Source: an uncultured archaeon
GTDB taxonomy: Archaea > Asgardarchaeota > Thorarchaeia > Thorarchaeales > Thorarchaeaceae
Assembly: GCA_964610875.1 (NCBI GenBank)
Contig: CAZSWP010000049.1
Span: forward strand, 1-24,638
Direction of reading: 5' to 3'
DNA length: 24,638 nucleotides
The position numbers were made by a program, and so were the translations under genes. The notes beneath the pieces were generated by a model. That model ran no database searches. It saw only the letters and a program-made list of their open reading frames with translations, and had not been told where the DNA came from. Shown here in pieces: positions 7,630-15,994 of this stretch. The first letter of the stretch is position 1, and every line of letters begins with the position of its first letter.

Positions 7630-9153
7630 TCACCCTTGATAGAAACCCAGATACCCAGATGAAAGAGAGAATGATAGCCAAAATAACAACCCGCACAATA
7701 GGCTTATCGTGATTGGACGGTCGCCATTGACCATTTTGGTGTTAATATAACCAGCACCCATCGTGATTGTCACCAGAGTGATAAGTAATGGAACCACTGA
7801 AAGTAGAGAAATTGACCCAGGTGTGAAATTAGGGCCTTGAGATAAAAGTTCACCAATATACAAGAATGGCGACAAGGAGGCCAGAAGCCCCAACACGCCA
7901 GCACTTGTTATACTCAGGATATACACCTTTATCTTCTGGGCTGCAATTATACTTTCACGTTCTTTCACCACAGCAGAACGCTTTATCAACCTAGAAGCAA
8001 TCTTTGATATCCGATCACCAGCGTCTCTTGCTGAAATACTACACATCAAAGATACTATTCTGAATAATCGACCAACGCGTTCTCCTAAAGCTCTTGAAGA
8101 TGCATCCTCAATAAGAGGTTCAATAGCCTCATCACGAAGCTGCATTCCTTCTAGAACTGGGTCTATCAATCTCTGTATCTCTGGAGACGAATCATCACGT
8201 ACTTCAAAAAGAGCTACTTCTAGAGTATCGCCTAATCTCAATCGTTCTCCAAGGAGAATCAAAAAATTAAGAAATTCATCATACTCGTTCACTATCTCCT
8301 TCTGTGTAGAGAGAATATCTGATGATTTTTGAGGTCTATCAAAATATGCTGAGAATTTTGTTGTGAATCGCGATTTCATCAGAATGTTAATTGCTATGAA
8401 AAGAGGTGCAAGAAATATGATCAGTGGATTTGATGCTAATCCAGCCAAGGAGAAAGATAATGCGAACATTATGGGAACATAAGTAGTAACAGCTGCTACT
8501 ATTAGGATCCGAGACTCCAGTTCTAGATTCTTTTGTCTTAGAGCAAGATCGGCCTCAAAAGATTCACCTGCAAGAATTTCTAAGACATCAGTTTTTTGCT
8601 CTAAAGAAGAAAGAACACCAATGAAATACCTTCGCAAATCATCTGAAGGTTGATTATGTGCAAACTCCCTTAGAAGTTCTTCAGGAGACCTTCCCCTATC
8701 AATTTCAAGCATCATACTCTGAAATGTCTTGGAAAGATAAGGATGAGAAGAATTAGCAATCATCTCAAATGCATCAAATATTGTTCCCCCTGATTGAAAC
8801 GTGAGAAGGAATTGTTCGAAGATAATATCTGATTCCTCAGACAATTCAATCTTGTAGCTGTTCATAGTATTGATGGGATATGAAGCAACCACGTAATAGG
8901 TCAAGACGCCCACTATCAATGATAGAGGAGTGGCAACTAATATACTTGAGTTTAGGAAAAGAAGTAGAAATACAAAGAGGAGGGTCATCAAAATACCCAT
9001 AAGTCTGGCGGCTGCTAGCACACCCTCGGCACTGATTTTCATGAGGGGTTTGAGAAACTTCACTGCACGTTCCAGGTCTCTCCTCTCTCCTTCTTTGTAT
9101 CTATTCAGAAGGGGAATAAGTTGAGAAACCTTGCAGAGTCTTTCGTAAATCAA
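7630..9153 (-). CDS. Type II secretion/type IV pilus platform membrane protein (T2SSF; TadC/PilC/ArlJ-like) with two F domains
   Basis: FLLTFQSGGTIFDAFEMIA..HPYLSKTF..M..EIDRGRSPEELLREFA..QPSDDLRR and a second FL..LGERLRLGDTLEVAL repeat, each followed by TM hairpins. Confidence 0.8.
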   Translation of the reverse strand: MIYERLCKVSQLIPLLNRYKEGERRDLERAVKFLKPLMKISAEGVLAAARLMGILMTLLFVFLLLFLNSSILVATPLSLIVGVLTYYVVASYPINTMNSYKIELSEESDIIFEQFLLTFQSGGTIFDAFEMIANSSHPYLSKTFQSMMLEIDRGRSPEELLREFAHNQPSDDLRRYFIGVLSSLEQKTDVLEILAGESFEADLALRQKNLELESRILIVAAVTTYVPIMFALSFSLAGLASNPLIIFLAPLFIAINILMKSRFTTKFSAYFDRPQKSSDILSTQKEIVNEYDEFLNFLILLGERLRLGDTLEVALFEVRDDSSPEIQRLIDPVLEGMQLRDEAIEPLIEDASSRALGERVGRLFRIVSLMCSISARDAGDRISKIASRLIKRSAVVKERESIIAAQKIKVYILSITSAGVLGLLASLSPFLYIGELLSQGPNFTPGSISLLSVVPLLITLVTITMGAGYINTKMVNGDRPITISLLCGLLFWLSFSLSSGYLGFYQG

Positions 9154-9206
9154 ATCCTCAGTCCTCTAATAGCTGAATCTTCTGGTTGACTCTTAAATTC
9201 CACGTT

Positions 9207-10490
9207 TTATAGGAAATCCAGAATAGTTGTCTGTGATTGGAATTCTTTGTAGAGGTGACTCTGTTTCAAGTAATTCTCAACTGGGTTTCGTAAGTGCATT
9301 CCAATCTCGTTTATTGCTTCATCTAAGGAACTGAATTTCTTCCCACCTTGTTCCAAAGATCTCTTTGCTATCTCTCTGAATCGCCAAACACCAAGAGGCA
9401 CCCATCTCGTTGGGTCAATTTCCATGAATACAATAACTCCTGCTTGTCTTCTCATATTTGTAAGATGTTCAAGAACTGGAAGTCTGGTTGCATAATAGGC
9501 ACCAACCACATCCTTCGCATAATCTTTGCGTCCCTTGAACCATTCGTAATCATTTATCACAGGAGGATTTAGAGACCCTAACCAACATTCCAACGCTTCA
9601 AACTGCCAAGCTGAAGGTAGGAAAAGAATCTGCACCGTGTTGCCAAGAGCGTAATCAGTATGAACATGAAAATCATTTATCCAATCATACCTCAAAACCT
9701 GTTTATGTAGATCTTTTCCGATTATATCATCTACCGCAGTGATACTCCATTTTGTCGGTACAAGTCGACGTCGTTTCTTCTCACCTAATAGGCCAACAGA
9801 AAGCAATCTAGTGGTATGTTCTAATCTTATACCATCATCAAAAAGGTCCATAATTCCTGTAGCTGCTTTTAGATCTGTATCTGATGTTACTTTGTCAACA
9901 CGACGAGGAACTTTCGGATTGTCCTCAAGTCTAAATTGATCCAATGGAGCAGAAGGACCAATTGGTAAAGTTCTTCCTGTAAAGACGCTTGTAAAGCGAG
10001 GTCTCTTAATCAATGTGGCTTCTGAAATGATTGGCGATTCGGAAAGGGACATAGTCTGAGTTTCAGCAAGTAGTCTTGAGGGGTTCACTGCCGCGTCTAC
10101 TGGAAGAAGTTTCTTTGTTCTAACTAGACTGAAGCGTAATGAGAGAATCTCATCAAGACTTTTTTCTAACCATAAATCAGGACGTTCCATGAGAGAGGTC
10201 TCTGAACCAACTCTAGGAGGTACCAATGGACCTGCCAATACTTTTGGATATCCAGATTCGCCAACGAATACTGCGGGTGGAGGTGATCCTGCAAGATTCA
10301 GACCAGTAACAGAACTCTCAATATTGCTAAGGGCTTTTGCTCTCATTAAAAGCGGACAAGGGTGTATTCCACAAAGACGCCTATGACCCATACAACTGGA
10401 GCACATCCTATCATTGTAGGATTGTCTAGTGCTTGAATTTGAATCCAGTTTTGTTTGAGACATATTGCAATCTCCGAGATCAACACTCAT
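9207..10490 (-). CDS. nreA: Nre-family archaeal DNA repair protein (NreA) with C-terminal PIP box
   Basis: N-terminal CSSCMG.RRLCG..PCP, then PPAVFVGESGYPKV..GPL, RRLVPTKWSITAVDD, GAYYATRL and WVPLGVW.FRE. The C-terminal QTTILDFL is a PCNA-interacting motif. Confidence 0.92.
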   Translation of the reverse strand: MSVDLGDCNMSQTKLDSNSSTRQSYNDRMCSSCMGHRRLCGIHPCPLLMRAKALSNIESSVTGLNLAGSPPPAVFVGESGYPKVLAGPLVPPRVGSETSLMERPDLWLEKSLDEILSLRFSLVRTKKLLPVDAAVNPSRLLAETQTMSLSESPIISEATLIKRPRFTSVFTGRTLPIGPSAPLDQFRLEDNPKVPRRVDKVTSDTDLKAATGIMDLFDDGIRLEHTTRLLSVGLLGEKKRRRLVPTKWSITAVDDIIGKDLHKQVLRYDWINDFHVHTDYALGNTVQILFLPSAWQFEALECWLGSLNPPVINDYEWFKGRKDYAKDVVGAYYATRLPVLEHLTNMRRQAGVIVFMEIDPTRWVPLGVWRFREIAKRSLEQGGKKFSSLDEAINEIGMHLRNPVENYLKQSHLYKEFQSQTTILDFL

Positions 10491-10544
10491 CTACAGTTAA
10501 AGACACTTAAAGCCATGTCACTCGTTGCATCTGAGAAATTCGAA

Positions 10545-10990
10545 TTAGAACGGAAACAATGACCAGATTCGGTGACTTTCATAGGCTACTATAATAAGAC
10601 TGACTATGCAGAGACCTAAGAACATGACATCCTTTCCTGTGGGAGGCCAATCCATCAGGAATAGAGCATAGACAAACAATAATCCGATGAATAGAGTTGC
10701 CAAGAACATGAAGCGTGGCATCAATATTTTCCTATTCTGACAAATAGAGATAATGAACCTACTTTAACAGTGCGTATGACAAAGTAATCACCATGATTGT
10801 CTTTATCAACCAATTCCAGTTCAGATAATTTAGAAAGATGATGAAGAGCAAGACTGGGACTTGAAAAATTCAATTGCCGCTGTATCTCTCTAACACCTAA
10901 TTTATCATGAGTGAGTAATAGGGCATAGACACTCATTGTGCGTCCCTTGAGAAGTTTATTGACAAGTGCACGTTCATCTTCAGCTGTCAT
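10545..10990 (-). pseudogene. Membrane-anchored winged-helix regulator split into an HTH ORF (10721..10990) and a 2-TM ORF (10545..10721)
   Basis: The HTH part LKGRTMSVYALLL...GVREIQRQLNFSSPSLALHHLSKL ends FVRIGKY-TGA. The -1 frame continues (I)LMPRFMFLATLFIGLLFVYALFLMDWPPTGKDVMFLGLCIVSLIIVAYESHRIWSLFPF-TAA. The junction is GGAAAATATTGATG. Confidence 0.75.
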
Positions 10991-11063
10991 TTGTTGATTT
11001 CCACCACTAAAGCAAAATTGGTTGTACATCTTTTCATAAAAAGACGCCCGCTAACACTATCCA

Positions 11064-11798
11064 CTAGGGATAGTCTACATTTTCAGTGATTGCATTATAG
11101 AAAAGGTTCATTGGAATATCCAGTAGATTATTGGCATTCAACCAATAACCTGATTCTGCAAATCCAGTTATGTCTGGATGGCCCCATTCAGTCATTTCAC
11201 CAGACCAAGTACCATTTTGGAGGTATACCATCTGATCAGATGCTGTGTACCCAATGTAGAAGAAGGTATTGTCATCAAAAAAGATGTCAATATACCAGTC
11301 AATTGGCCATGACTGAGGAAATTCATCTGGAGGATTTGTTGTATCAAGCATAAGCGCGATAGCGTCATTGACAAGTGCCCCGCTTAGTTCGTTCCATTTA
11401 TCATTGGATATCGATCCAGTACCAACAATGTTTTCACTGTAAGGAGCAAAGAGAACTTCTATATTCCCGCCGTCGCTATTCTTGTACATGGTTACACCAT
11501 CAACAAAAGCATCAGGTTCTGAATCTTGATAATAGTTAGTTAGTCTCTCATTTACAAAAGTTGAGTTACTCATCCAATAGAAGACTATGTCATCTCGTCT
11601 ACTATTCAGATAATCAGCAGCTTTTACACCATAACCTCCAGATGGAGTTGTGGTGGTCGGATTTGTAGTTGTTGGAGTTGTGATCGTTGGTCCATTTGGT
11701 AACAGTACTGTTGCTGCGTATAGACCCGCAATTACAACAATAGCAACCACTATTGCCGCTGTTATTGATGTTCTAAGTCCAGTGTCGTAAGCTTTCAT
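11064..11798 (-). CDS. Secreted or membrane-anchored protein with a Thr/Pro-rich linker
   Basis: N-terminal hydrophobic anchor (ITAAIVVAIVVIAGLYAATVLL), linker PTITTPTTTNPTTTTP, then an acidic/aromatic extracellular domain with NST and NGT sequons. Confidence 0.8.
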   Translation of the reverse strand: MKAYDTGLRTSITAAIVVAIVVIAGLYAATVLLPNGPTITTPTTTNPTTTTPSGGYGVKAADYLNSRRDDIVFYWMSNSTFVNERLTNYYQDSEPDAFVDGVTMYKNSDGGNIEVLFAPYSENIVGTGSISNDKWNELSGALVNDAIALMLDTTNPPDEFPQSWPIDWYIDIFFDDNTFFYIGYTASDQMVYLQNGTWSGEMTEWGHPDITGFAESGYWLNANNLLDIPMNLFYNAITENVDYP

Positions 11799-11844
11799 TA
11801 TGAAACCACCTATACAAATAATGCGAAAGATTCCATATTACTCT

Positions 11845-11878
11845 ACGTTTGAAACACTATGTTCAAAACGTTGAACAC
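11845..11878. promoter_or_regulatory. Inverted repeat TGTTCAA-N4-TTGAACA plus an overlapping degenerate copy (candidate operator)
   Basis: Perfect 7-bp arms at 11860-11866 and 11871-11877. ACGTTTGAAACAC (11845) is a near-repeat of ACGTTGAACAC (11868). It lies in a divergent intergenic region. Confidence 0.55.
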
Positions 11879-11910
11879 ATAATCAATTCCTACCGGAGCC
11901 TTGTGAATCT

Positions 11911-12210
11911 ATGGAAACCCGTAGGGAAACGATAGCACATCTGTTAGAAGAAACCGAGTATCCACTAACAGTCAGTGAGATTTGTACCACATTAGAAATA
12001 AGGAGTAAAAGAATGGTAACTGAGGATTTGGGTCACATAGCAAAATCAGTGAAGCACAAGGGTTTGGAGCTTCTCATAAGTCCAGCGCGCTGTGGCAAAT
12101 GCGGATTTGATTTTAGGGTAACCCAAGGGGCCAAGAAACCTTCAAAGTGTCCAAAATGCCGCTCGGGATGGATTCTTGCTCCTTCATTTATTATCAGAAG
12201 AATAGGATGA
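11911..12210 (+). CDS. Archaeal HTH plus Zn-ribbon transcriptional regulator (COG3357-like)
   Basis: TRRETIAHLLEE..PLTVSEI...EDLGHIAKS...PARCGKCGFDF...PSKCPKCRSGWI..P.F. Confidence 0.85.
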   Translation: METRRETIAHLLEETEYPLTVSEICTTLEIRSKRMVTEDLGHIAKSVKHKGLELLISPARCGKCGFDFRVTQGAKKPSKCPKCRSGWILAPSFIIRRIG

Positions 12211-12217
12211 TGACAAA

Positions 12218-12535
12218 TCAATCATCCAAATCATTGAATTTAATGACTTTCTTTATTCCAGCTCCAACATGTTTTATACTTGTGACTCTTGTTACCACAT
12301 AATCTGAAAGACCATATTCTGCTTCTTCCACATATCCATGCAGAGCGACTTCCATACCGACACGAGGGAGAAAATGACTCTTCTTTAGCAAATTGGCAGT
12401 CAATCGTACTTCGTACGTCTTTTTGGTTGCTTCATCTTGGACTATAATTTGTGTATAACCATACCAACGTTGGGCACTCACTCGTTGTGTTACACTCTTT
12501 CCTACTTCTCTGATAATTCCTTTAATAACGGTCAT
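12218..12535 (-). CDS. Small hypothetical protein, probable single OB-fold
   Basis: IKGIIREVG...YTQIIVQD...YEVRL...LPRVGMEVALHGYV fits an OB beta pattern. ATGA overlap with the upstream EndoQ stop. Confidence 0.7.
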   Translation of the reverse strand: MTVIKGIIREVGKSVTQRVSAQRWYGYTQIIVQDEATKKTYEVRLTANLLKKSHFLPRVGMEVALHGYVEEAEYGLSDYVVTRVTSIKHVGAGIKKVIKFNDLDD

Positions 12536-13815
12536 AAAGTGTCCTCCATCAAAATCTCACCATATCGCCCGCCGCCACCAGGACGATAAGACACGTCCCC
12601 CGTTCTATAAGCACCAATGATTTTTCCAAGTTTGGGGGAGCTTTTGGAGATGTCAGAGACCTGAACTTGGGTAAGAACATTTACTTCATCATCAAACTCG
12701 GTGATTAGTTTCTCGTAGAGCGTACGAACAGTCTTTGTCGATTTTGATTTCACTCCGGAAACAACTTGTATCATATCTAGTAAAGGAGGAATGTGAAGAT
12801 ATGGTGGACGATGCGAGGGGGGTTTACTTGTTCCATCACCTAACATCATTGCTCTATCACGAACTCCTAGACGTAGGTTCTTCCCATCAACTGGACACTT
12901 GACTTTTCGATTATGAATATCCTCAAGTAGTTTCTTTCTCTCGGTTCTGTTGCTACAAAATATGTAGATATTATAGTCGTCGTATGACGGAGGTCCTTCT
13001 CCATCTTCAACGATAATGGTCCGCCTACATTTTGAGCAAAACGATAAATAGTATTTTCCTAACTGTGGATCAAGTCCTGCATTTAGTATCGGACCTCTTC
13101 CACCGATTCTTTTGATGGCTTTTTCAAGTTCTGAATAGGACGAGTCCTCCATTTTGAATGTCACAAACTCTCTACCAATTTTATCAGGACTTGGTGAGTG
13201 TGCATCGCTAGAACATATGTAAGTCAACGACCGTAATTCAGGTATGTAATCTGCAATTGCTGAGTCAGCTGAGAGACCCAACTCAAGGAAGTGTATGTGT
13301 TGTGTTTCTTCCCCATAACATGCAACAAGACTGTCAAATTTACCTTCGCGAAATATCGACCTGTAAGGAGTGAATGCATGTGCAGGACCAATCAGTCCAT
13401 CTACATCCCTTACATATGCCGCAATAGATTCAGCATCCAAATTGACTCTTGGACGACCTCCCCATTCATGATTCAGATTTGGGGAATAGGGGGATACCAT
13501 CTTTCGAATTTCATACACTGACTCAAAATCAGGAAGAAGAACCACATGATGAATTGCGTCTCTATCCTCAAACTCAACTGTAAGGATGAAGTGTGCGCCA
13601 TCATAAGTATATCCGTTATCAGATGAGATCAAAGACGTTTCTAAATGTTTCAACCAGTCAGGTTGTGTCACATCACCCGTGCCAATAATATCAATACCTT
13701 TCTTGAGTGAACCTTTGACTATATTTGGAATAGTCATTCTTTTACTTACACCAATAGAGTGCAATGAATGGATGTGGAGGTCTGTTGCATATTCGTTCAA
13801 AATCTCACTCTTCAT
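12532..13815 (-). CDS. Endonuclease Q / TIGR00375 PHP-family protein
   Basis: DLHIHS, KGIDIIGTGD, GPAHAFTP, ELGLSAD, SDAHSP..KIGRE, GLDPQLGKYY, RPPYLHIPPL and PGGGGRYG. Confidence 0.88.
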   Translation of the reverse strand: MKSEILNEYATDLHIHSLHSIGVSKRMTIPNIVKGSLKKGIDIIGTGDVTQPDWLKHLETSLISSDNGYTYDGAHFILTVEFEDRDAIHHVVLLPDFESVYEIRKMVSPYSPNLNHEWGGRPRVNLDAESIAAYVRDVDGLIGPAHAFTPYRSIFREGKFDSLVACYGEETQHIHFLELGLSADSAIADYIPELRSLTYICSSDAHSPSPDKIGREFVTFKMEDSSYSELEKAIKRIGGRGPILNAGLDPQLGKYYLSFCSKCRRTIIVEDGEGPPSYDDYNIYIFCSNRTERKKLLEDIHNRKVKCPVDGKNLRLGVRDRAMMLGDGTSKPPSHRPPYLHIPPLLDMIQVVSGVKSKSTKTVRTLYEKLITEFDDEVNVLTQVQVSDISKSSPKLGKIIGAYRTGDVSYRPGGGGRYGEILMEDTL

Positions 13816-14805
13816 CTAGATGTTAATATTGACCTTCACAGTCTTTGCATCGATTGCAGATTCGAAAGCTTTCATTCCTTCTTCAAGAGTGTACTTTGCA
13901 GACAGCATTTCTCTGACTTCAATTCTGCCCTTTGCCAGGAGTTCGATTGCTTTCTTGAAGTCGTAACCATTTGAAGCTACGAAACGTAAATCTCGCCCTA
14001 CACACTCATTCGGATCGACTTCAATAGTATCACCATAGTGATCTGTGAGAACAACAACTCCGCCATTCCGTACAAGGTCAATTGCAGTTCGGATACCATT
14101 TGCATTTCCTGTTGCATCTATGACAACTCTCGGTCCTATATCATTCGTATTGCTTAAGATACGGTCTTTCCAAGTAGTGGTAGAAGAATCAATCGTATTC
14201 CTGAGACCCATTTTTCTTGCTGCTCCCAAATGCCAGCGATTCTTTCCAACAAGGTAGACCTCAGCACCAAAGGCATCATAGACTTGTGATATCAATAGAC
14301 CATTCTTCCCGGTACCAATTACAGCAACAGCTTCATCGTTTTCAACAGGTGTGTTTCTAAAGGTTGTAAGAGCAGTAGCAAGAGGTCGTACAAAAGTCCC
14401 TGTTGTCGCGTCAACTCCCTCTGGGAGAATATGTATATTTTCGGCTGGCACAGTTATGTACTCAGCCAGACCTCCATCTATTGTCATGCCTAAGACCATT
14501 CTTGATTTACAGAGATGACGTTGCTTATGCGTGCAATAATAACAGGTACCACAACTAATTATGATGTCAGTGGTAACCAAATTACCAGGAGCCAGCATAG
14601 GATCAGAGCTCTCAGTAATGGTACCAGTGATATCAGTGCCCAGAATGATGGGTAGTTCTGCTTCTAGATCACCTTTCCAGATTTTGATATCAGTCCGACT
14701 AATTCCAACTGAACGGACCTCGATTTTTACGTAGCCAGGAAGTAGAGATGGAGTTACAGTATCAGCCAGTTGTAAACCATCGTTCGTCAATACTAAGGAT
14801 TTCAT
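13816..14805 (-). CDS. MDR (Zn-alcohol/threonine dehydrogenase-like) family protein with a degenerate catalytic Zn site
   Basis: GroES plus Rossmann layout, structural Zn C85/C88/C91/C99, DGGLAEY and GTGKNG. The catalytic motifs read GISRTD, GTD and VRP. Confidence 0.88.
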   Translation of the reverse strand: MKSLVLTNDGLQLADTVTPSLLPGYVKIEVRSVGISRTDIKIWKGDLEAELPIILGTDITGTITESSDPMLAPGNLVTTDIIISCGTCYYCTHKQRHLCKSRMVLGMTIDGGLAEYITVPAENIHILPEGVDATTGTFVRPLATALTTFRNTPVENDEAVAVIGTGKNGLLISQVYDAFGAEVYLVGKNRWHLGAARKMGLRNTIDSSTTTWKDRILSNTNDIGPRVVIDATGNANGIRTAIDLVRNGGVVVLTDHYGDTIEVDPNECVGRDLRFVASNGYDFKKAIELLAKGRIEVREMLSAKYTLEEGMKAFESAIDAKTVKVNINI

Positions 14806-14924
14806 AACTACCTTCCTCGGATGACGGAAAGGATGAAGAGATTAGGATAAACCCTTCGTTTTCATGGTGTCACACAGTACGATTTATTGCTTCGAATAAT
14901 GTTGAAAGCTGGAGGAATCAAGAA

Positions 14925-15992
14925 GTGTCAAGCTTCGGAATAGAATTCATTCCTGATAAGCCAGTATCAGAAATCGTTAAGTTAGCGAAGCTTGCTGAAC
15001 AGGTTGGATTCAAAAACATCTGGATCACTGACCATTACAATAATAGGAATCTATGGGTCACATTGACCGCAATAGCTCTAGCAACAAAAACAATCAAGAT
15101 AGGTCCAGGAGTTACAAACCCCTACCACACAAGTCCAGCTTTGTCCGCTGCAGCTGCGGTGACTCTGAATGAAGTAAGCAATGGACGAGCTGTAGTGGGA
15201 CTTGGGGCTGGAGACAAGGTCACTCTTGACACACTCGGTCTTGAGTGGAAAAAACCTGTAACTACAGTTATTGAAGCAATCCATGCAATGAAGGCATTGA
15301 TATCAGGAAAGAGATTATCATTTGAAGGGAAAGTATTCCATTTTCAAAATGCCAAACTAGCAAATGTCAAAAAAGAGATTGTAAAGGATAAGGATGGAAG
15401 ACCGATCAAAATAGATAGTAAGACGCTGAAACTTGCACCAAAGATACCAATCTATTCTGGTGCGCAAGGACCAATGATGTTAACAGAAACCGCCAAATAT
15501 GTAGATGGGGTTCTCGTTAATGCAAGTCATCCCCTAGATTTTGAAGTAGCCATTCAAAGGATAAAAATGGGAGTGAAGGAAGCAGATAGAAACTTACAAG
15601 AAATTGATATTGGAGCTTATACAGCTTTCAGTATCGCAGATTCTGAAAAGGAAGCAATGAAGGGCGATACTAAGGTAGTTGTCGCATTTATTGTAGCGGG
15701 TTCACCAGATTCGATACTTGAAAGGCACCATATTGATTTAGAAGATGGAATTGAAATTCGAGAGTGTTTGACGAGAGGAGATTTCAATGGTGCTTCACAG
15801 CTAGTGACTAACGATATGATCAATTCCTTCGCAATTGTTGGAACACCAGAGTATTGTACAAAGAGAATCGAAGAATTGTTTAATGTTGGAGTCACACACT
15901 TTGTAGTTGGTTCACCAATTGGACCAAACAAATCTAAGGCAATCAAACTAATAGGAAAGAAAATCTTGCCCCGCTTTCTTAAGAGAGGATAA
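14925..15992 (+). CDS. mer: F420-dependent methylene-tetrahydromethanopterin reductase
   Basis: FGIEFIP, WITDHYNNR, GPGVTNPY, IPIYSGAQGPMML, DGVLVNASHP.DF, VVAFIVAGSP..ILERH and GSPIGP. RBS GGAGG upstream. Confidence 0.92.
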   Translation: MSSFGIEFIPDKPVSEIVKLAKLAEQVGFKNIWITDHYNNRNLWVTLTAIALATKTIKIGPGVTNPYHTSPALSAAAAVTLNEVSNGRAVVGLGAGDKVTLDTLGLEWKKPVTTVIEAIHAMKALISGKRLSFEGKVFHFQNAKLANVKKEIVKDKDGRPIKIDSKTLKLAPKIPIYSGAQGPMMLTETAKYVDGVLVNASHPLDFEVAIQRIKMGVKEADRNLQEIDIGAYTAFSIADSEKEAMKGDTKVVVAFIVAGSPDSILERHHIDLEDGIEIRECLTRGDFNGASQLVTNDMINSFAIVGTPEYCTKRIEELFNVGVTHFVVGSPIGPNKSKAIKLIGKKILPRFLKRG

Positions 15993-15994
15993 TA

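Noticed and set aside
10721-10723. TGA in the wHTH gene as selenocysteine or read-through
   Set aside because: The plausible continuation is in the -1 frame, not the same frame.
11640-11695. GTT/GTG-rich low-complexity repeat
   Set aside because: It is explained by the Thr/Pro linker codons of the surface protein; it is not a DNA repeat element.
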